From Octopus vulgaris (taxonomy: Eukaryota): a stretch of DNA of 64,000 nucleotides. The stretch's first letter is position 1. Each line of letters starts with the position of its first letter. Below are positions 1 through 14,163 of this stretch, piece by piece. The translations under genes were made by a program, and so were the position numbers. The DNA lies in the NCBI GenBank assembly GCA_951406725.2, contig OX597822.1, positions 33,232,001-33,296,000 on the forward strand, written 5' to 3'. The notes under the pieces are model-generated. The model ran no database searches. It worked only from the letters and a program-made list of their open reading frames with translations, and was not told the DNA's origin.

Positions 1-295
1 GAGCTGCAGCAATTTTTGACTGGTTCCCAAAGCATCAAGTGCCGAAAATGAACTTTCTTATCTTCCATTTCAAAAGGTTACGGAATTAATACAGGTTATA
101 GGAACATAAATCTTCTTCTACGAAAAGATAGCTTAAACTGTGCTCTAAATGGAGGTGTAGTCAAATCCTATTTTATGGACTCAACCATGTTCTAAAATAA
201 GTTGAAAGGTAAGCTACTATAGATCGGCACGAACTTCCCGGACAACCCATTATTTACTAAGTCAAATTAAACTATTTATTATTATTATTATTATT

Positions 296-850
296 GAGGG
301 AGAGAGCAGTGCATGCCATCAAAGTGACACTGGGGTAAAATATACAAAGCCCAATATAACCATCATGACTACCCGTCTGATAAAGGTACACCAGGCACAT
401 GCATCACAACCATATGTGCGCGACATGGTGATCTCATATCAAGATAAACAGCACATGGCCTTGCAGGTGGGGCCCAGTTAGAATTTTCTTCAGGTTGAGT
501 AGCCCATCCCGCTCAAAAGGTCCCTGAATAAGGGTTGTTTAAGGATGTTGAAAGAACCACCCATGTTTCCAGAGGTGAATTATTCAAACCCCAAAGAATC
601 CCTCTCAACACATGGCTATGATGCTCCCCCACTACTTCTGCTCGTGATCAGAGATGCACATATCGTCAGCCACTAAGGGACATGCTCAACTGGTTAAGGT
701 CAAACAACTGACAAGCAAATCTGTGGTAGTGAGCAGAATATTTGCTGTAGCCCATCTTTTATACCAAGACAAAACAATGTACATGATAACACTTCCAATC
801 AGTTAAGATCAGAAGCCATGAGAGCCACTGCCTGGTACTGCATCAGGGCA
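296..850 (-). mobile_element. Non-coding ~555-bp interspersed element embedded in (ATT)n, possibly a non-autonomous Dong/R4-type retroelement
   Basis: Sharp GC-richer block flanked on both sides by ATT repeats (276-295 and 851 onward); on the minus strand it ends in (TAA)n. Family assignment is inference from the TAA targeting known for Dong elements. Confidence 0.5.
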
Positions 851-1025
<175 letters not shown>

Positions 1026-2554
1026 ATTAATTAATGTGTATGTGTGTGAAACTTTTCTCCGTCTTCTAGAAATAAATCCTTGTGGCGAGGCGTTACAATA
1101 CGAAAAGGACTTGAAATTAATTACGTAGAGCGAAATAAAATTCATTCAGAGATGGGTTTATGTGAGACGGCACGCACAAGTCTTGTGGCTTCGCTTTATC
1201 GCATAACAACTTATGTCATTTATATTTATAGCTCGGAATCTTTACTCCTGAAACTAAAGAAGGACAACGACGATGTTGGATACACAAGTAAAAGGACAAT
1301 ATTTATTAATAATCATTGTACATACAAGTGTAACTGTAAGGGAATACTTAACGGTTGGGATAAAATAAATGTAATAAAGTATATTAATAAGAATGCTAAA
1401 GAAAGATTATAATAAAAATAGTAAGTATAAAGAACCATAAATAAATCGATATAATAGTTGTTATACAAAGCCTGAATGTTACAAATGGTCGAAGGCACTT
1501 TGGTATATTTATGACGGATGGCTTTAAACTTGGGGGAGTTGTTATAAAATACAGAATAATACATTATTGATAAAAATGCTTGTGAGGAGATGGTTACCTC
1601 CTTTGTAATAACGACGATAAACCTAGAGGACACCACATGTATAATCATAGAGATACCAATAAAAATTGATGACCTGAGGAAATGCAAAGGTTTGTGAAGT
1701 TATGAAAATTATAGAAGCTTTCGAAAGCAAAGATATTTTCTGTGAAGTTAATTACGAATTCCGTTCGTCGAGAAATGATAACCGCTGGCAAGGGATGAGA
1801 CTGCAGTGGTTCAAAAACTTGGCACCCGGTTGACACTTCCAGCGCCTCCCTCCCTTCTCCCCACCACAAACATAGACCACGTTCTCCATCGAATTCAAAA
1901 CTATATTTCAAAAATAAAATGTAACCTAAATAAACCATTATTTTGAGGGGTGGGTTTCACATCTATAGCCCCATTTTGGCCACGACATTGTCATCCCAGT
2001 TTTCTTCAACACCCCACTGGATCATTTCATCCCCTCCAAGGCGGCAGTACTGCTAATTTCAGGAACCACTGAATCAGAGGGTTCATGATGTTAAATGTGA
2101 TGTGTACGGTATTGTCTGTTTATAAATCAGTGGGTTGAGTTTAGAAGATCGGTGGGTCGAAATATTTGACGAGAAGCGAAAGGCTGGTGGAAAACATGAC
2201 TGTTAAGGAGACGGAATCACATCAGACTTCTATCTGTCGTTGGTATGAATAAGCAGATTATTTATGTGCGCGGTTGTGTGTCTGTGGGTGTATATATATG
2301 TGAATGTGTATGTACGTATATACATACATACACACACATATATATATATATTTTTTTTACTGGGTCATCTCATAAATAATGCAGTCAAATGAGTGAAACA
2401 TGTATAATTGATCCCTGAAGTCTGAAAGTCAAGCTTGATATTGATGGAAACTGAACTCAGAGCATAAATGCTAAGGAATCGGGAGAAATATCCCAAGCTA
2501 TCTTGCCCGGCAGAGATGATTCTGCTTATCATAGCAACAAATACAACGATGTAT

Positions 2555-2841
2555 TGTTGTCTTGTTGTTCGTTCCTTCTCGCATGGCTCATAGGGCCGGT
2601 TTCCCGGTTCCCTTGGCGTATAGGTTCCCCACCTGGATGGGACGCCGGTCCGTCGCAGGTGAACTGTACGATGCAGGAGGGAAGATTGAGAGAAAGTTGT
2701 GGCGAAAGATTGTGCAGAAGTTCGCCATTACCTTCTGCCGGAGCCGCGTAGAGCTTGGGTGTTTCGCTCATAAACACATACATCGCTCGGTCTGAGATTC
2801 GAACTCGCGATCCCTCTAACCACTAGGCCATGTGCTTCCAC
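2555..2841 (-). mobile_element. tRNA-derived SINE (family C head, tail type 1)
   Basis: Minus strand reads TGGCCTAGTGG (A box) then GTTCGAATC (B box), followed by the body TGAGCGAAACACCCAAGCTCTACGCGGCTCCGGCAG shared with the copies at 5502, 10302 and 60218. Confidence 0.8.
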
Positions 2842-3417
2842 ACAACGATGTATAGGCAATTATAAACTATATAAAACAACACAATAAATTCAATAATTCG
2901 AAAATTACTTTTCAGTATTTAGGGGCTGACAAAATACCAATCAAATACTGGGTCGATGAAAGGTGAAAGAAACTAAAATGAATTCCATTTTCATCTTGAA
3001 ACAAAAGTCTATCTTTGTATGCATTTAACAAGAAATTATTAGCGCTACACTGAGCAGTGACGTCTGAACCTAAAACTTATTTTAATTGATTCCGCAGTGG
3101 CAATATCGATCCCGAATTCAAACAATTTACACCTTATTTTAACAGCGTTAAGAAATACGCAGAAATATCTACGATCAGGCATACCATACCAGCACCAGTA
3201 ACTCTCCATTTCTAATTCACTGCAATACCCACTTGTCTAATTAAAACAAAATTATCATCATCAATATAACATTTCCAAAGCCTTTTACATCTCCACCAGG
3301 TTAATCATTTTCAAGCCAATTCCGATGTGAAAATTATATACCCACATAACACATACATATGCAAACACATGTATGTGTGTGTGTGTATACACACAGATGC
3401 ATATGCATATATGTATG

Positions 3418-3475
<58 letters not shown>

Positions 3476-3617
3476 TATTTATATATACGTGCATACATAC
3501 ATACATATATATATACATATACAGGCGCGAGCAAAGTAAATATGCAGTTACTTAATGAATGAAAAGAACCTTCCACTCATGTTAAGCAATGTGCTTTGTC
3601 TCACATCTGTATGTATG

Positions 3618-3668
<51 letters not shown>

Positions 3669-3730
3669 CTTTGATTCTTCTACTTGTTTCAGTCATTTGA
3701 CTGCTGTTATGCTGGAGTTATATATATATA

Positions 3731-4611
3731 AAAGGTGGATGGAAAGTAACTAGGCATTAGAAATTGCTTATAGAATTTTTAGTATCACTGAAGTCATGAC
3801 GAAAACATTTTTTAACCAGACAACACTAATTGGGATTTCTGACTGTCTCATTTTTTATTTCTTATTTTCCAGATGACCGGTTGCTTGGCTATTCAGGAGC
3901 GAGCTAAGATACCAGCACGCTACGAAGTGTGGAATTCCATTGTTTTGGTTCAGAGAAGGTAAGCATTCAACACTGCATCCGGAGAAAATAAAAAGTTGCC
4001 ATGCAAAGCTGATGACCACGAGCTCTGTGAACGATGCAAAAAGAAGTGGTCGCCCATCCACATCTCGATCAGTGGAGAGCGTAGCAACAGTGCAGCAATT
4101 TTTTAATCGCAGGTCGCAAAAATCAACACATCAAACAGCTCGTGAAAGTGGACTAACAAGACACACAATACGTACGGTGTTGTATAAAGAATTGAATTTT
4201 CATCAGTGGAAACCCTATTACGTGCAGGAGCTAAAACCTATAGATTGTAACCGCAGAAGTCCAGAAGTCCAGAACTCCAAGAAGTCCAGATCTCATCCAG
4301 GTGATTTTTGTCTGTGGGGCTACACAAAGAGATGTACAAGACAAAACCTCGTACACTGGAGGACTTAGGGACACGAATTCAGGAGGGTCTCACTGATATC
4401 CCAGACGACGTTCTTCAGAAGGTTGTACATTCCATCCCTGACCGTTTGAGGAAACTAGTTGACACTACCGTTGCTTACATTGAAATATGAAGATCTACTT
4501 TCACTTTCCCCATATAACAAGGAACGTGTGTTGTTTGTTTCAATAAATTTGTAAAAGGAATATGGATTTTATTGCCAATGTTTAATACCTACTTACGTTT
4601 CACCTACCCTG
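3731..4611 (+). mobile_element. Internally deleted Tc1/mariner-superfamily transposon
   Basis: Imperfect TIRs flanked by TA (AAAGGTGGATGGAAAGTAACTAGGCATTAG / TTAATACCTACTTACGTTTCACCTACCCTG). HTH-region peptide RSGRPSTSRS..KST..ARESGL..TIR.VL.KEL (3940-4255) is joined to C-terminal D.F.LWGY..K..KPRTLEDL..RI; most of the catalytic core is missing. Confidence 0.85.
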
Positions 4612-4620
4612 TATATATAT

Positions 4621-5464
4621 ATTACACATAAATGTCACACGCTACGAGGGACTTTCAATGTCATTACTACCAAACATAAACGAATCGTACCGAATGCAGC
4701 TCTCGAAGCAAGACATTTAAAAACAGAATTTAGTTCCAGATCACCTGTGATTTCGCAATTAACGTATTATCTACGCCTTTTATTTATCAGTGAAACATAT
4801 TCAAAACATATCAAGAATGAACAAAATCAACATACCCGGCAGAACCAAACAGATAACCGTCAACTCCATCGTAGCACATGGAAATGTTCAATCGTAATAT
4901 ATCTATGTAAATGGCGGGCTTTTTCGAACTGCATTTCGGTGAGAAACGTGTTTCATCGGAACAAATTTAACAATTAAGGATAAAATCTTAATAAGAAATC
5001 TTTTACAAGAAATGATCAGGTAGTTAGCGTAAAAAACCTCATAACAGAAAAAATATGAAAATTTTTTCACTTGAAAATATTTATTAATATTAAATAGAGG
5101 GCATTATTACACATAAATGCCACACGCTAGGAGGGACTTTCAAAGTCATTACTACCAAAAATAAACGAATCGTACCGAATGCAGCTCTCGAAGCAAGACA
5201 TTTAAAAACAGAATTTAGTTCCAGATCACCTGTGATTCCGCAATTAACGTATTATCTACGTCTTTATTTTTGGTAGTAATGACTTTGAAAGTCCCTCCTA
5301 GCGTGTGGTATTTATGTGTAATAATACCCTCTATATAATATAAATAAATATTTTCAAGTGAAAGAATTATCATATTTTTTTCTCTTATGAGGTTTTTCAC
5401 GCTAACTACCTGATAATTTCTTGTTAAGATTTCTTATTAGGATTTTATCCTTAATTGTTAAATT

Positions 5465-5466
<2 letters not shown>
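4621..5466. mobile_element. Penelope-like terminal structure: direct repeat plus inverted repeat
   Basis: 4621-4785 is repeated at about 5106-5270; inverted arms at about 4962-5165 and 5262-5466. PLE assignment is inferred from the architecture. Confidence 0.6.
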
Positions 5467-5501
<35 letters not shown>

Positions 5502-5504
<3 letters not shown>

Positions 5505-5808
5505 GAGGGGCAATGGGCCAGTGGTTAGCGCAGCGGACTCGCGGTCGTAGGATCACGGTTTCGATTCCCAGACCGAGCATTGTGAGTGTTTATTGAGCGA
5601 AAACCCCTAAAGCTCCACGGGGCTCTGGCAGTGGGGAGGGCGATCCCTGCTGTACTCTTTCGCCACAAATTTCTCTCACTCTTTCTTCTGTCGGCCTGCT
5701 CGCTTAGCCAGCGGGGTGGCGTCATTTGAAGGCTAAAACAATGAAAAGCGCATTGTGACCAGCGATGTGTAGCAACATCTGATAGCCTGGTCGGTCACAG
5801 TGATCATG
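5502..5808 (+). mobile_element. tRNA-derived SINE (family C head, tail type 2)
   Basis: A box TGGGCCAGTGG and B box GTTTCGATTCC; the tail GCCAGCGGGGTGGCGTCATTTG...GGTCGGTCAC also occurs alone at about 23515-23632. Confidence 0.85.
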
Positions 5809-5885
5809 GTTATATATGTTTATATATAAAATTTATATGAATTACACATATTATGTATCTACATTTATATTTACCAGATAGTGAA

Positions 5886-6165
5886 GAGGCTTGGCCCAGT
5901 AGTTAGAGTGTTGACTAACAATCATGAGATAGCGAGTTCGATTCCCGGACCAAGCTGTGTATTGTGTTCTTCAGCAAGACACTTTATTTCACTCTGCTGC
6001 AGAAACAAGTTGCTACGTCACTGGTGCCAAGCTCTATCGGCCTATTGCTTGGATAACATCGGTGGCGTGAAGAGAGGAGGTTGTTACGCATGATCTTCCA
6101 AAAACAACCTTATATGGACTCGTGCAATCCCATGGTCATTAATGACCGAAGGGAGTCTTTACTTT
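5886..6165 (+). mobile_element. Older tRNA-derived SINE (family D head)
   Basis: TGGCCCAGTAGTTAG...GTTCGATTCCCGG followed by TGTGTTCTTCAGCAAGACACTTTATTTCAC, similar to the copy at 20658. Confidence 0.65.
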
Positions 6166-6310
6166 ATTTGATGGAGGAGGGAAGTCAAGCTGTAAAACGA
6201 GTGTAAACATTTCTGACAAATTATATTACATCTGTTTCTTTAAATGGACATGGAACCCACAATGGCTTTGAAAGCCAGCAAGTGACATATCTGCACATGT
6301 ATGTGCATAT

Positions 6311-6355
<45 letters not shown>

Positions 6356-6361
<6 letters not shown>

Positions 6362-7465
6362 AATAATGAGGGAGATAAATTAATATTAATTTTAATATCA
6401 ATTTAAAACCAGTAGTCCAGCATACAAAAATCTGAGGAGTCAGAGAAAATTCTAATATATGTGTATATTGGCAGGGCTTACTGCTAGGGAGTCGGCCATA
6501 TGCTAGAAATAGACCATCAACGGTCAAACTACAAGGAAATTCTCTAGAGGAAAAATACAGCGAACACCAGAACCAATTTTGGCGGGCATGACAGATGAAA
6601 ATTTATATAAAAAACAGAATTAAATGCATACCTCGGTTTCAGCCTTAACAAGAGAATTACTTATGCAATCCAAATGTCCGTGCTTCTTCAGTGCATCCGT
6701 TCATAGTAATGTAAACGGAAAAGCTAACCCCAGCTTTCGTGCCAGTACAGACACGTGTGTAGCTTTACCGATTACACTAGTGATAAAATTTCAAATGTCT
6801 TGGCTCTGGCGCGCTAATAAATTTCTGAGGCGAAGGGCTGCAGTGAATAATTCACTGCGGTTCGTGCTTAGTACTAGAGAACAAATTTATTTCAATATTT
6901 AAATAATGAGGGAGATAAATTAATATTAATTTTAATATCAATTTAAAACCAGTAGTCCAGCATACAAAAATCTGAGGAGTCAGAGAAAATTCTAATATAT
7001 GTGTATATTGGCAGGGCTTACTGCTAGGGAGTCGGCCATTGAAATAAATTTGTTCTCTAGTACTAAGCACGAACCGCAGTGAATTATTCACTGCAGCCCT
7101 TCGCCTCAGAAATTTATTAGCGCGCCAGAGCCAAGACATTTGAAATTTTATCACTAGTGTAATCGGTAAAGCTACACACGTGTCTGTACTGGCACGAAAG
7201 CTGGGGTTAGCTTTTCCGTTTACATTACTATGAACGGATGCACTGAAGAAGCACGGACATTTGGATTGCATAAGTAATTCTCTTGTTAAGGCTGAAACCG
7301 AGGTATGCATTTAATTCTGTTTTTTATATAAATTTTCATCTGTCATGCCCGCCAAAATTGGTTCTGGTGTTCGCTGTATTTTTCCTCTAGAGAATGTCCT
7401 TGTAGTTTGACCGTTGATGGTCTATTTCTAGCATATGGCCGACTCCCTAGCAGTAAGCCCTGCCA

Positions 7466-7470
<5 letters not shown>
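6356..7470. mobile_element. Young Penelope-like fold-back element (143-bp direct repeat plus ~430-bp inverted repeat)
   Basis: 6356-6498 matches 6896-7038; about 6463-6895 is the reverse complement of 7039-7470, nearly identical; flanked by (TA)n. Confidence 0.7.
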
Positions 7471-7526
<56 letters not shown>

Positions 7527-9468
7527 TATATATTTATATATATATCGATAGATAGATAGACAGATAGATAGATAGATAGATATCGCTTCAAATCTTTCTT
7601 GTCTGCATCCATTATTAGTGCGACGTCTCTTTCTTTCTTCTTTTTCTTCCTCTCACTCTCTCCTTCTCTCACCAACTTGCCTTCTGTTGCTTTCTATCTT
7701 TCTGCCTTCCACAACTTATTTCTCTCTCCTCCCACTACCATGAGGCCCGTGACCTTTCTAATGTCTGTGTCCAGCTTCCTTTTATCGCTTTGCCGTTGAC
7801 TTGCTCTGAGCCGTGCGCTTCCTTCTCTCCATGTGACATTTTTCTTTTCTTTCTTTTGCCTACAAAGGAACCTACAATCAATAAATGAAGAATTTGCCTT
7901 GTATAATATTTATGTACATTTATTCCATTTCTCACGTCGTTTTCTACGTTACTTTTGTTATCTCGAAAAGTTATGTGTTGACAGTTCCTTCACTCGAAAA
8001 GGTTTTCGATCAATCGGTTTTCAGTGTTTTTATCCACATTTTTCTTGCTGCCTAAACCTACGGCTGTCTTGGTGCCGTCAGATCATTCGCTAGCCACACA
8101 CATTGTCCTTTTAATATATTAGTCCAACAACCTTATCAATATTTTTTACTTCATACACCAGTAGACTACCATCATTAAGCACACTTCAGAAGTTGTACCA
8201 TTCCAACTACGCGCTGGCATCTACGCGTTAATATTGAACATTTTCGATTGTCATTCAAAATCAGTGACAATTACGATAACGACCGTGCTTTCTATTGACC
8301 AAAAATAACGTCAATAAAATGTCGGAGCAGTTATTTACCTCATACTAAATGCAGCAAACTCACTGAACGATTCACAAACAAATAACAGACCAAATGTTTC
8401 TAGCCTTCGAAATAAAGACATTTCTGAAATACATTTCAAGTGTTATTCTTCTCGTACTTGTTCTACCTTCAAAGTGTTATTTTACTCTGGCATCATTAGA
8501 CATTTCATGGTTTTGATGTACTTATCTTAACAGCGCCACTTTTTCTGATGCGGCTGTTGGCTTCTAATATATATTTTTCTTTACATCGTCATATAACGTA
8601 CCTAAACGTAAACTAACTTAGCGACAAATTACACTATCATCTGCTTTGAAGATGCATTTCTAAGTATTTACAGAATATTTATATTTTGTTCTTTTTGCAT
8701 ATCAGCTAATTTGTGCTGTATTTTATTATCTATTTTTTTCTTTACTTCATTCATAGGAAATTCATGTAGCGAATATCAACTACACTTGATGTACAAAAAA
8801 TGTCAACATTTAATTTTTGCCACCTCCCTGAAGTTGCATATTATTTCTTTTTTTTTAACGTTATAATGCATTATCGAGTTCTTTGTTCTTTCATCACAAT
8901 TTTGTTTTGTCTTGTTTTCCTGTAATATAACATTACATATTGATATTTTATTGTCTGCTTTTCTAGGTGTTAAAATGTAAGCAAAATTGTTGGCTTTGTG
9001 CACAAACGCGTAGCTATGTCTGTGTTCTGTAAACTAAAACCATATTTTTATGTTGTGATGTATAACATTATACATGTCATATTTACATTTTGAGCTATAA
9101 CAATTTCTAAACATTTAAAAACTGTTTGAAAATATTATTCTTGTCTGAGGCCTCTTCAATAAGTATTCGTCGGTATTTAAATTTTAGCTATTCTTCACTA
9201 AATGTAGCCAACCTGGAATGATCACAGGATGTTGTTCCACTGAGATATATTTATTTCAACAAATAAAACAATAACAATCAACAGTATACATGTTTTTGAA
9301 CTTAATATTTCATTTCTATTACGGAATACGAGGCGGTTGGAGTCGGATCTCCAATGGCAGTCATCCATATTCACATTTCGCCCTTACAAACCCAACTCAC
9401 TTTGGTGACCTTTAAAATTTTACATCTGGCTGCTACTTTACCAAGTCAACTATTTATTAAGTATCTGA

Positions 9469-9546
<78 letters not shown>

Positions 9547-10301
9547 ATGTGTGTGTGCCTGTGGCATATCTTTATATTACATTACATTGTGTTCTTTTTT
9601 ATATGTCTAATAGTGTATAATCTTGTGGTTTTTAGACAGCTTAGTTTTCTAATGAGACTTATACAGTGGGAGGAATTGATTTCTAGTAGATTCAAATGGT
9701 TTAATATAACTCTCATTCGACGCTTATTCTGGGGCAAGTATGCCAAGTGTTACCGCTTGAAGAACAGGACCGTTCTCTGCCTCAAGGACAATTCTTGCCA
9801 CCAGCAAACAAACGTTCAATTTTTACAGCACAGTCAACACTAACATCCTTATTACTCGCCGTGCCATATATGTAGAGTGCAGGTAAAACCATCACTCCTG
9901 AACAAAAGAGTAGAGTGTCACTGCGGGCTCTTTTGAGAGGAGCCTCATCTCCACTCTCCCACATGTCACATTCTATTCCTCTCGGACATTTTTCTGCCTG
10001 GACCTATGCCGCACTTTCTACCCAGCGATTTTTAACAGCCACACACTGTCCAGTTACCGTTCTCTTAGCTGTTTTCTCTAAGATCTCTAGGATAGGTATA
10101 ATGCAAGCTCCCTGTCGTCTCCTCTGGGAGGCCTTTTCACCTACTTTAGGTCTGCCCGTTTTCTCTACAAAGATAACTTTTCTTGTGCCTCTTGCAAAGA
10201 GGCCAGCCTTTATAGAGCTCTTGCCACGGCTTTTACTCATGCTGCATCTGTTTCTGTTTCTGTTACTGGTTCTGGTGTTCACTATGGTTGTAGTATTGTG
10301 A

Positions 10302-10678
10302 GTGGAGGTGCAATGGCCCAGTGGTTAGGGCAGCGGACTCGCGGTCGTAGGATCGCGGTTTCGATTCCCAGACCGGGCGTTGTGAGTGTTTATTGAGCGA
10401 AAACACCTATAGCTCCACGAGGCTCCGGCAGGGATGGTGCTGATCCCTGCTGTACTCTTTCACCACAACTTTCTCTTACTTCCTGTTTCTGTTGTACCTG
10501 TATTTCAAAGGGCCGGCCTTGTCACTCTCTGTGTCACGCTGAATATCCCCGAGAAATACGTTAAGGGTACACGTGTCTGTGGAGTGCTCAGCCACTTTCA
10601 CGTTAATTTCAGGAGCAGGCTGTTCCGTTGATCGGATCAACCGGAACCCTCGTCGTCGTAACCGACGGAGTGCTTCCA
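10302..10678 (+). mobile_element. tRNA-derived SINE (family C head, tail type 3) with 13-bp TSD
   Basis: A and B boxes present; TSD TGTAGTATTGTGA at 10289-10301 and 10679-10691. Confidence 0.92.
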
Positions 10679-11051
10679 TGTAGTATTGTGAATGTACGTG
10701 GCTTAATGGTTAGGGTGTTGGACTCTATATACGACTTCCCCCTAAAACAGTACTTGTTGCTGTTTTTCTTGTATTTTAGTCCCGGCTAATCTTCGCTGAA
10801 TACATATCTACGATTACAGACATTTCATCAATGTTTATATGATTTGTTATTTCTGGCATAGTGAACCAATAATTACATTATCTAGTGAGACTTTACCATT
10901 TTTATGAAGAGTATGTAGTCTGATAAAGATTTCGCTGTTATTTAAGTTAAGTTAACTTAACTTAACTTAAATAATAGCGAAATCTTTATTTCTAGAATGT
11001 CGAGTGCAAGTATAGAGCCTACCGCTTTCTTATTTATCACAAGGTCAATTA

Positions 11052-11311
11052 AGGCAGCGAGCTGGCAGTGCAGTCAAATGACTGAAACAAGTAAAAGAGA
11101 AAAAATACCGGGCGAAATGCTTTGTGGTATTTTGTCTGTCTTTACGTTCTGAGTTCAAATTCCGCCGAGGTTGACTTTGCCTTTCATCCTCTCGGGGTCG
11201 ATAAATTGAATACCAGTTACGCACTGGCGTCGATGTAATCGACTTAATCCCTTTCTCTGTCCTCGTTTGTCCCCTATATGTTTAGCCCCTTGTGGGCAAT
11301 AAAGAAATAAC
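11052..11311 (+). mobile_element. SINE family B
   Basis: GCGAGCTGGCAG head, GAGTTCAAATTCCGCCGAGG, tail GCCCCTTGTGGGCAATAAAGAAATA; homologous to 20205-20608. Confidence 0.85.
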
Positions 11312-12235
11312 AAGGTCAATCCAGATCTTGCAGACACAGAATCACAGAAGATCCAGTCAAGTCGATTTTATAGTTAGCAAAAACTTACCTAAATATTACA
11401 CTATATAATATTTTCTTTCTTCTTCTTACAGGTTGTAGATTGTAGTTTTGTAGGGACTTGACCGCTATTTCTTGCGGATCCAGCAGCTCTGTAGAGTGAT
11501 TTCTCGTTTGTCCGTCGCTAAAGTATAAGATTCATAAGTGAGTCGCATATTTCTACACCATTCTTTCAGGAAAAACTTTTCTTCGATGGTATTGGATTAG
11601 AAACGCCATGTTTCTCTTATAACTTTATATATTTTTTAACATTTATTTATTTGTTATTTTAGTATTTTATTTTCCATAATATTACAAGAATATAAAATTT
11701 TGAATAGCTTTTTCGTATTTGTAACATTATCTCACTGAACAAAAATATTGATCGAATCATATAACTTCATTTACGAAATTCTGAAAGAAAATATACATAA
11801 AAAAAAAAGAAAAAAAAAGAAACTCACAAAATATTGAAAAAAAATTCCAACATGGTGCAGCTTTACGTCTGGAACTATCAACACGAATCAACTATGACCT
11901 GGCCTAACATATTTGTGTATAACTGGTAACTGTTTATCAATGCTAACATCTTTATATCGGAGCATTTATGCAACAGTATCAGAAATATGTATTTTTTTTT
12001 TACTGTTATAGAATCTCTAAGTCGACAATAAAACCAGCCTGCGAGAATATTCAATATTCAATATTTATTCCTCCATTATGCTATCTATATATTCCTGTAA
12101 TGATCAAAGACAAAGAATCATAACTCTTGGTAATGTAATTGTTTGCCTATCAATAAACCTGATCAAATAGCAATCAATGCTTGACATCCAGTGACGATTG
12201 GCATAATATATCTGTATGTACATACATGCATACAT

Positions 12236-12303
<68 letters not shown>

Positions 12304-12881
12304 ATAGAGATACACATACATATACATATGCAGATACATATATGTATTTATGAATATTTTGTATATGCATATATATATATAAATATATAACTAATGCGTT
12401 TGTGATTATCTTTTATGCATAAGATAACGCATGTATGCCTTGCATATGTGTATATTTTTTATGTATATTTAGTTATGATATAAATAATGCATGTGTGTAT
12501 GATTCGCTTAGAAACAAAAATCTTCAAGTGATTCATAGTTCCAGAGTTTATATTACACATCAGGCGTCTGTGGGAAAGCACTGAATCCTGTATGCTTCAG
12601 TTAACAAACTTCAAGATGAGATTAGCTAGATATAGTCTCCTGTCCTAATAACAAAACTGATCCAGGAATTATACAAGAAAATATTTGTAAATTGCTGTTT
12701 ATATAGGATCTGTAGTTTTTCGTCTTGTTTTGATTTTTGTATACAGTGTGAGTATGAATTTTATATATATTTATTTTATATCTATTTTCTCCTTCTCTAA
12801 CACTCTTCAGCACGCTTTTGCAATACATGTATTTGTGTACGTATGTACATTTGTAAAGATTATATATAAAAATGTATATGC

Positions 12882-12967
<86 letters not shown>

Positions 12968-12984
12968 ATGTATATATGTATATG

Positions 12985-13051
<67 letters not shown>

Positions 13052-14109
13052 TCTTATAAAGGACTAGTGCAATACGTGTGTTTTGAATAAATCATAGCTG
13101 ATCCTCTTGTATTTTCTTTTACCAAAAGCCAGGAACGAACTTTTCAGCAATTCCTCGTATATATGTATGTATATCTATTTATCTATCTATCTATACTTAT
13201 ATATGTGCGTGTGCATGCGTGTGTATGTATATGTATGTATGTATGTATTTATGTATGTGCATGTGTATATTTTTCAAACGTATGTAATGTGCTCTCTTGA
13301 CCCGTTATATCTTATTCCACGTCATGAGCAACATATAACATTTCGGAGTGTAACTCCATGTCATATACTCATGTTTATTTCTCTTGCGAAAGTACTACAT
13401 CATAAAGTTGTATATAATTGAGGAGCGGTGTGTGTGCTTATCTGTGTATGCGATATCCTCTACGTAAAAGAGGACAGCTGTCTTCAGCGCAAGCATATAG
13501 GATTAGACCACAAGGGACCAAAGGCTCTGAACTATTCATCATAATTAAGCACTGTAAAATAGGATCCTACATACACGGTAGCTTAATTCCCCAAACATGA
13601 AAACAGCTTATTTAATATTTCAAAAGATTCGATCTCAAAAGAATTGGCAAAAACACCATATGCATATCACATTTTTATGATATAATGATAAATCCACTAT
13701 TCAAACAATACCTGCCCTAATACAAAATCTAACAGATGTCTCCTAGATATAAACAGATATTCTAACCAACCGCGTTTAATAGTAAAGAACATAATTAACA
13801 ACAAAAGCTAGAAGGCCTCCATTATATCCTCTCATGACACAGTATTCAACCAGCGGGCGTCATACTACAATGAAGCTATCCAGGTCAAGACTCTTGGATA
13901 CAATTCTACAGTTACATTTCGTGAGAGTATCCTTGTTGAACTGTAAAGATGAAGGAAACAGAATTAGGATTCTAAGAGTCGAATCTATTTTGTTTTCAGT
14001 ACTTTTTCTTTTAATCCATACATTCAACCCGGTTAAAAACGATAAGTTACATCAATTATGTGCGCGTGAGTGTGAGCGAGTGTGAGTACGCGTGTGCGTC
14101 TGTGAGTAT

Positions 14110-14163
<54 letters not shown>

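Noticed and set aside
6624-7310. Duplicated 92-aa ORF on both strands
   Set aside because: A consequence of the inverted repeat; no protein motif
9620-10290. Moderately GC-rich block with 90-130 aa ORFs as a possible host exon
   Set aside because: No recognisable domain or convincing splice pair; probably an old TE remnant, but it cannot be assigned by eye
10302-10375. tRNA gene calls for SINE heads
   Set aside because: A and B boxes are present, but there is no complete acceptor stem and each head continues into a SINE body
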